64,000 nt of DNA from Desulfobacteraceae bacterium (GTDB lineage Bacteria; Desulfobacterota; Desulfobacteria; Desulfobacterales; JAABTS01): positions 3,245-67,244 of the forward strand of contig JAABTS010000004.1 of NCBI GenBank assembly GCA_011389735.1, given 5' to 3'. The translations under genes and the position numbers were made by a program. The notes beneath the pieces were generated by a model. It did no database searches and was not told where the DNA came from. It was given only the letters and a program-made list of their open reading frames with translations. Within the stretch, counting starts at the first letter, position 1; each line of letters starts with the position of its first letter. Shown here piece by piece: positions 58,504 through 64,000 of the stretch.

Positions 58504-59400
58504 TTATGAACAGGCGGATTCCTCCAAATGCGACCCGGGCCGGTCGTATGAACGTTGTGCCGGTTCGGGAAATGTGGATCTGCAAGATCTGACACGTTCC
58601 TGAAATTCACAGATCCGGTTGTTGTGACGATCGACCAGTTTATCGATCTTTCGTTTCATGGACCATGAATATCCGTGTTTCGCCAGACGGTTCAGGATAC
58701 GGAATCCCGCCCGTAATTCGGCGGTCAACGCTGTGATCCGTTTTTTTCTGATGTTGATGTCGAGCGTCGTGTCATTCAGGGGCGCATCGATGACGTCCGA
58801 AAGCTTATCTGAGTTTCTGTCGTCGCATTTTCCCGAAAATTTCGATTTTACTGTTGATTCGAATTCTCTCATGGTTTCAAAAGTTTGGTTCAAGGATTGT
58901 ATTTTTTCATCTCTGGAGGCGTTGAACATGATAAACGAGGGGCGGTTTTCGAGCCTTTCCCGAATGATCGACAACAAGGCCCCGGCCTCCTCGAGAGACG
59001 CCCGATGCTCTCCCAGAAGTTTCCGCACCCTGTCCGATCTTTGAACCGCCGTTTTTACGATATCGATTTCATCCCCGATTTCCATCAGCAATTCGGCTTG
59101 CTGTTGTTTCATGGACCGGGTATAAAAACGGGTCAACCCGTTTTTGTCTTCGGTCTCCGATGAAAGCCCCGCGATTGAATTCAGCGTCAACGCGATAACG
59201 GCGTGGATACGGTTCGCTTCGGCGTCGATCTCTTTTTGGATGAATTCAGTTTCCATACTCCCGGTTTCCGGTCGTCTTTTTTTCAGCATAGAGGATTTTG
59301 GGCCGTGAATACAGAATTCCACGAATTTGAAAAATGTGTCCGCGTTTATTTGTCTGACGGAATCACCGATTTGTTGAAGTGTCGCCGTTGTTTCGGTCAT
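58504..59400 (-). CDS. Hypothetical alpha-helical protein
   Basis: 298-aa ORF with GAGG RBS, 13 bp after the upstream gene. Confidence 0.72.
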   Translation of the reverse strand: MTETTATLQQIGDSVRQINADTFFKFVEFCIHGPKSSMLKKRRPETGSMETEFIQKEIDAEANRIHAVIALTLNSIAGLSSETEDKNGLTRFYTRSMKQQQAELLMEIGDEIDIVKTAVQRSDRVRKLLGEHRASLEEAGALLSIIRERLENRPSFIMFNASRDEKIQSLNQTFETMREFESTVKSKFSGKCDDRNSDKLSDVIDAPLNDTTLDINIRKKRITALTAELRAGFRILNRLAKHGYSWSMKRKIDKLVDRHNNRICEFQERVRSCRSTFPEPAQRSYDRPGSHLEESACS

Positions 59401-59413
59401 GACGCGCTTTTCC

Positions 59414-60589
59414 TCAAGTCCTTTTTTCCACGACGGTTTTGAATTCCTCCCGGTTATCCTCCAATTGATCCATCCGTATCTGGTCGTTTTTGCGGTAAAT
59501 ATCCTCGGCTTCTTTCAAGGCGCTGTATTCCATCTGCCATTGGGGGCTGGACGTGATTTGATCCCCGATCAAAGACGCGTAACGTCCAAGCACTCGATTG
59601 CCGTCATCAATGCTTTCGACAATTGTGATCATGGACTGGGTCACCTTGGCTACGCCTGAACAAATTTGAGACACATTGTCAACGGCGATTTTCATGTGCC
59701 CGGCGCCTTCGGCGAATTTATCGACCATATTGACATGTATGTCGCCTCGTTCCTTGAAATCGTTAATCAGCTTTCGATAGCTTTTCAGAGCCGCCTGGTA
59801 TTTAACGCCCATATCGATATTGGTTTTATACTTCAATTCCATGCTCTGGCTGTCTCTTAGCTCCATTTCAAGATGATCCCGGATTTTTTCCACTTCGGCG
59901 AAACGGTCATGGATGGGAGACATGGATTCGTGAATGGGAACGAGTTCTTGTAACTGGGTTTCAAGTTCGCGGCTGTGGGCGATCTGTGCGTTATAGGCTT
60001 TCCGGTCGCTGTGGATCTGGTCGGTGAACGTGTCGCTGACTTCAGTCAGGTTTTTGACAATATGGTCCACGTCCAGCACTGTCTTTCTAAGCCCCTTGTT
60101 AAGGCCTTTCAAGCTGTTGATATAATTTTCGATCATGGTGCGGAATTCCGAAACCACAACCTCGTCAGGCTCCTTGGGAACTTCCTTCCGGATGATTTCG
60201 TAGTCCGTGTAGGTTTCCATTTCCTGTTTTTTCAGCCCGGTTTTGACCAGAAGTTTATCCAATCCCTTATAGGATACAGGACGCTCTTTTTTTTTCGGTA
60301 TTTTTTCTTCAACGACTTTTTTGGTACGGGATGCGATGATTCCTTTTATTCCGTCTTCGATCACTTTGATCTCGTCAACAATATTTTGAAGATTCGAGGC
60401 GTCAAAGGAATTGGAAAGAACAATGCCCTGTTGCGTCAAATCAGCCGCAGGGACTCTGGCTTCGGCCGGTTCGAGTTTGCTGACCAACGACGCCGGTTTA
60501 TTGCTATCTTTCCTGCGGTGACGTTCAAGAATGCCGTCAATACGATCGTCTTCCTCTGATTGAACGGTGTCTTTATATTCCTCTGCCAT
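59414..60589 (-). CDS. Coiled-coil protein, possibly a remote TelA/KlaA homologue
   Basis: 391 aa from MAEEYK (RBS AGGAGG); all-helical pattern. The family call is by eye only. Confidence 0.6.
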   Translation of the reverse strand: MAEEYKDTVQSEEDDRIDGILERHRRKDSNKPASLVSKLEPAEARVPAADLTQQGIVLSNSFDASNLQNIVDEIKVIEDGIKGIIASRTKKVVEEKIPKKKERPVSYKGLDKLLVKTGLKKQEMETYTDYEIIRKEVPKEPDEVVVSEFRTMIENYINSLKGLNKGLRKTVLDVDHIVKNLTEVSDTFTDQIHSDRKAYNAQIAHSRELETQLQELVPIHESMSPIHDRFAEVEKIRDHLEMELRDSQSMELKYKTNIDMGVKYQAALKSYRKLINDFKERGDIHVNMVDKFAEGAGHMKIAVDNVSQICSGVAKVTQSMITIVESIDDGNRVLGRYASLIGDQITSSPQWQMEYSALKEAEDIYRKNDQIRMDQLEDNREEFKTVVEKRT

Positions 60590-60772
60590 TTGATTCCTCC
60601 TCATGATTCTTATTCTTAGAAACAAAATTCCTTTTATACCTGATGAATTATTCAGGGTCAATATTCAAATTCAGGTTCCATGGCCTTTGATATTATGATA
60701 TGGTTCGATTCTTTCAAGATTGTATCAAGCATGAGGTGATAATCATTTCGAAAGCTGAAAGAAGCGACATGC

Positions 60773-61789
60773 ATGATTGAGCGACGTTCCGAAATATTTC
60801 ATAAAAACGGCCCTCTACTCGATGTCCGGGATTTAAAAATTCATTTTCCGATTACGGGAGGCGTGTTCCGACGGAGAATCGGGACGGTGTACGCGGTGGA
60901 CGGTGTTTCCTTGAGTGTCGCGCCGGGCGAAACGCTGGGGATCGTCGGCGAGTCCGGGTGCGGTAAAACCACTGTCGGGAGATCGATCCTCGGACTTTAT
61001 CAACCGTCTGCTGGCGACATTTGGTTCAAAGGCGTGAATGTGGCTGAATTGAGCCGCAAAAAAATCAGAACGATCCGGCGGAACATGCAGATGATTTTTC
61101 AGGACCCTTATGAATCGCTCGATTCCAGGCAAACAATCGGATCCATACTCGAAGAACCTTTTGTAATCCACAAAATCGGAACCAAAGCCGAGAGAAAAGA
61201 CTGTGTTTCCATGCTTCTGGAACGAGTGGGCCTTTCGATGGACGCTGTTTCAAAATACCCTCATGAATTCAGCGGCGGTCAGCGGCAAAGAATCGGCATT
61301 GCAAGGGCGATCGCCCTTAGACCTGAATTGGTGGTCTGCGATGAACCTGTATCGGCGCTGGACGTATCCATCCAGTCTCAGATTTTGAACCTGCTTCTCG
61401 ATCTGCAAAACGAGATGAACATGTCGTATGTTTTCATTACCCACGACCTGTCTATTGTAAAGCATATGTCGGATTTCATAGCGGTCATGTATCTGGGGAA
61501 AATCGTCGAATATGCGCACGCCGAAGATCTTTATAAAAACCCGTTCCATCCGTACACCAAAAACTTGATCGCATCGATCCCCAAGCCTGATCCTTTTGTT
61601 GAAAAAGAACGATATCCGTTGAGCGGCGAGGCTCCGTCGCCGATCCATCCGCCGTCAGGATGCCATTTTCATCCGCGATGTCCCGCCGCGGTTCAAAAAT
61701 GTATGATCGATAGTCCCGTATTGACGGATTTCGGGCGAAACGGCGACGCCCATTTCGCCGCCTGTCATCGGGTTTTGCCGGGCCGATGA
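60773..61789 (+). CDS. Oligopeptide/dipeptide ABC ATP-binding protein (OppF/DppF type)
   Basis: [36 protein letters not shown]. Confidence 0.93.
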   Translation: MIERRSEIFHKNGPLLDVRDLKIHFPITGGVFRRRIGTVYAVDGVSLSVAPGETLGIVGESGCGKTTVGRSILGLYQPSAGDIWFKGVNVAELSRKKIRTIRRNMQMIFQDPYESLDSRQTIGSILEEPFVIHKIGTKAERKDCVSMLLERVGLSMDAVSKYPHEFSGGQRQRIGIARAIALRPELVVCDEPVSALDVSIQSQILNLLLDLQNEMNMSYVFITHDLSIVKHMSDFIAVMYLGKIVEYAHAEDLYKNPFHPYTKNLIASIPKPDPFVEKERYPLSGEAPSPIHPPSGCHFHPRCPAAVQKCMIDSPVLTDFGRNGDAHFAACHRVLPGR

Positions 61790-63162
61790 GATGCGGTGGA
61801 ATTCTCTTCCCGGCTGTTTTCCGGATCGATGAACTCTTCCGGAATCGTTTTTTTTGCTTTTGCGCCCAGTTGTTTCAGCGCTTCCACTCTGTTCACCAGG
61901 TTTCCTTTGCCTTTGCACAGTTTTTGAACAGCGTCCCCATGCGCTTTTTGAGCGGCCTCCAATTTGTTTCCGACATCCGACAGATCGTTGATAAAACCGG
62001 CGAATTTATCATACAATGCGCCGGCCCGGGCTGCGATCTCCGCGACATTCCGGTTTTGTTGATCCTGACGCCAGAATCCATGAATCATTTTCAGAATCGC
62101 AAAAAGATTAGTGGGGCTGGTCAATAAAATCCGCCTTTCACCGGCGTAGTCCCAGAGGGATTCATCGTGGCGGACGGCTAAAAAGTAGGCCGGTTCGACA
62201 GGAAGGAACATCATGACATACTCAATGGTCGTAATGCTTTCGATATCCTGGTATTTTTTTCCGCTGAGATCGTCGATATGCTTTTTCACCGCTCTGATAT
62301 GGTCTTTCAGCGCTTTTTCCCGTTCAGGGCCGTCTTCGGCCGAACAATACCGCTCATACGCATTCAACGATACTTTTGAATCGACGATGATATTCCGGTC
62401 GTCCGGAAACCGGATCACCACGTCCGGTTGAAGCCCTTTCCCGTCCGCCTGTCGATATCGTTCCTGTACAAAATATTCTCTACCTTTGACAAGGCCGGAC
62501 TTCTCGAGGATGCTTTCCAGAATCAGCTCCCCCCAGGTTCCTCGGGTCTTTGATTCGTATTTGAGAGCCCGGGTCAGATTTTCAGCTTCCTTCCCGATTC
62601 TCTGATTCAGAGCAGCCAGATTTTGGATTTCGGTTCGAAGCAGCAACCGTTCCTTCGACGCTTTATCCTGGGTGTCTTCGATACGTTTCTGAAATTCCGC
62701 CATCCTTTCCCTTACCGGAGATAAAACGCCTTTGACGCCGGTAAGATTTTGCTCTGTGAATTTTCGGGTGGTTTCTTCCAGGATGCCGTTGGCCAGATTT
62801 TGGAATTCCGCCTGGAATTGTTCTTTTAATTTTCCTGCTTCATGTCTTTTTTCCTCATGTTTTTCCATCAAATGTTCATACGCCGTATTCAGGGCGGCGA
62901 TTTGAGATGTCAGATCGATAACGGCGGATTCTTTTTCCCGGAGCGTTTTGTTCAAGGATTCAACCTCGGCCGCCGCCGACCGGTAACGTTCTTCAAGGAC
63001 GGATTTTTCGATGCTGATATCGTTGACGGCGGATTCCAGATCCCGGATACGGTTTTCAAGAAGGGTCCGGCCATTTATCTGTCTTGCGATCAGTATGACA
63101 AGCGTTGACAGTATCCCGCCGAAAAGGCCGAGAATGATCAATTGAAGGGTGTTGGGAGTCAC
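61765..63162 (-). CDS. rmuC: DNA recombination protein RmuC
   Basis: N-terminal TM and coiled coil, RG.WGE..LE..LE.SGL, PDV, VDSKVSL, SPT.L, GKGNL. Confidence 0.92.
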   Translation of the reverse strand: MTPNTLQLIILGLFGGILSTLVILIARQINGRTLLENRIRDLESAVNDISIEKSVLEERYRSAAAEVESLNKTLREKESAVIDLTSQIAALNTAYEHLMEKHEEKRHEAGKLKEQFQAEFQNLANGILEETTRKFTEQNLTGVKGVLSPVRERMAEFQKRIEDTQDKASKERLLLRTEIQNLAALNQRIGKEAENLTRALKYESKTRGTWGELILESILEKSGLVKGREYFVQERYRQADGKGLQPDVVIRFPDDRNIIVDSKVSLNAYERYCSAEDGPEREKALKDHIRAVKKHIDDLSGKKYQDIESITTIEYVMMFLPVEPAYFLAVRHDESLWDYAGERRILLTSPTNLFAILKMIHGFWRQDQQNRNVAEIAARAGALYDKFAGFINDLSDVGNKLEAAQKAHGDAVQKLCKGKGNLVNRVEALKQLGAKAKKTIPEEFIDPENSREENSTASHRPGKTR

Positions 63163-63275
63163 GATTCTTTTATTGTTCGGGCGTGGCGGAGATACGGAAG
63201 TCCATTGAAGGGAACAGGCGTTTGCATTCGTCCCGGATCGCCGGGGACGTCGGCTCATTGGCCGCGCCTGGTTTT

Positions 63276-64000
63276 TTATTTATGGTCATAGGTGATAACG
63301 CCTATCCAATCCTCTTCCGGCGGGTTTCTTTTCAAGTGTTCGATCCGTTCAAGATATATTTTTGAAACTTTATCTCCGGGAACGATTTCCAACACCATAT
63401 TCATATTCTTGACGGCGGCGCCCCAATCTCTTTTTCGATAGGCCGAAAGCGCGGATTTAAAAATTTGAACGGCTTCTATCGTTTCATCCGAAAGGCTTTC
63501 ACGGTATCCCATAAGTTCGTAAAGGGTCACAATATCTCTTTTGCCTTTTACCTGAACAAGATCCAATTCCCTGAGTACAAATTGATCGTCCAATCGATTG
63601 GCCGTAAATTGGCTCAAGATGATTTCAACGGCGTAATGTTTCGTCAATCCTTCCAATCGTGAAGCGAGGTTGACGGCGTCTCCAACAATGGTGTAATCCA
63701 TGAACTCGTCGCTTCCCAGGTTGCCGACTGTGACGATTCCGGTGTTAACCCCGAACCCGGCGTGTAAATGTTCGATGCCTCGTATTTCCTTTTCATCCCG
63801 CATACGCCTGAGAGAATCTCGCATATCCAGAGCGGCTTCGGCGGCTTTGATCGGATGATCGTCATAATGGACAGGCGCCCCGAAAAAGGCCATGATCGCA
63901 TCTCCCATCAACTTGTCAAGCGTTCCGTCGTATTTGAAAACTACAGGTATCATGGCGGAAAAATACGAATTAAGCAAAAAGCCGGTGTCTTTAGCGCCGA
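63276..64000 (-). CDS. Class III adenylate/guanylate cyclase, 3' part, with TPR-like tail
   Basis: GTLDK.MGDAIMAFFGAP, VGNLGS, YT.VGDAVNLASRLE, VKGK. Confidence 0.92.
   Translation of the reverse strand, partial: GAKDTGFLLNSYFSAMIPVVFKYDGTLDKLMGDAIMAFFGAPVHYDDHPIKAAEAALDMRDSLRRMRDEKEIRGIEHLHAGFGVNTGIVTVGNLGSDEFMDYTIVGDAVNLASRLEGLTKHYAVEIILSQFTANRLDDQFVLRELDLVQVKGKRDIVTLYELMGYRESLSDETIEAVQIFKSALSAYRKRDWGAAVKNMNMVLEIVPGDKVSKIYLERIEHLKRNPPEEDWIGVITYDHK

Overview
Bacterial chromosomal segment of about 50% GC. Gene content points to a sulfate-reducer-like Desulfobacterota/Desulfobacterales organism (inference). It carries about 50 CDS and one tRNA-Gln(CTG): housekeeping/metabolic genes (tkt, gltX, tesB, acyl-CoA and aldehyde dehydrogenases, rmuC), a sigma54-controlled corrinoid-activation (RACo/DUF1638) locus, signalling genes, a 1160-aa plant-type LRR protein, an alphaproteobacterial-style flagellin-flbT-flaF cassette, an apparently catalytically dead Ski2/HelY-like helicase, a glycosyltransferase/radical-SAM cluster, a decayed toxin-antitoxin/IS patch and an uncharacterised three-gene coiled-coil operon. 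The most striking signal is non-coding. Most long intergenic spaces hold members of at least four families of miniature inverted-repeat elements. Family A has about 20 copies and duplicates TA. Families B (5 copies) and C (3 copies) duplicate about 8 bp. Family D is REP-like. They insert into one another up to three levels deep, and the same B shell carries three unrelated internal cargos. Family A ends sit in promoter -10 boxes and supply stop codons. No cognate transposase is in the window. All product calls come from motif recognition by eye, not from database searches.
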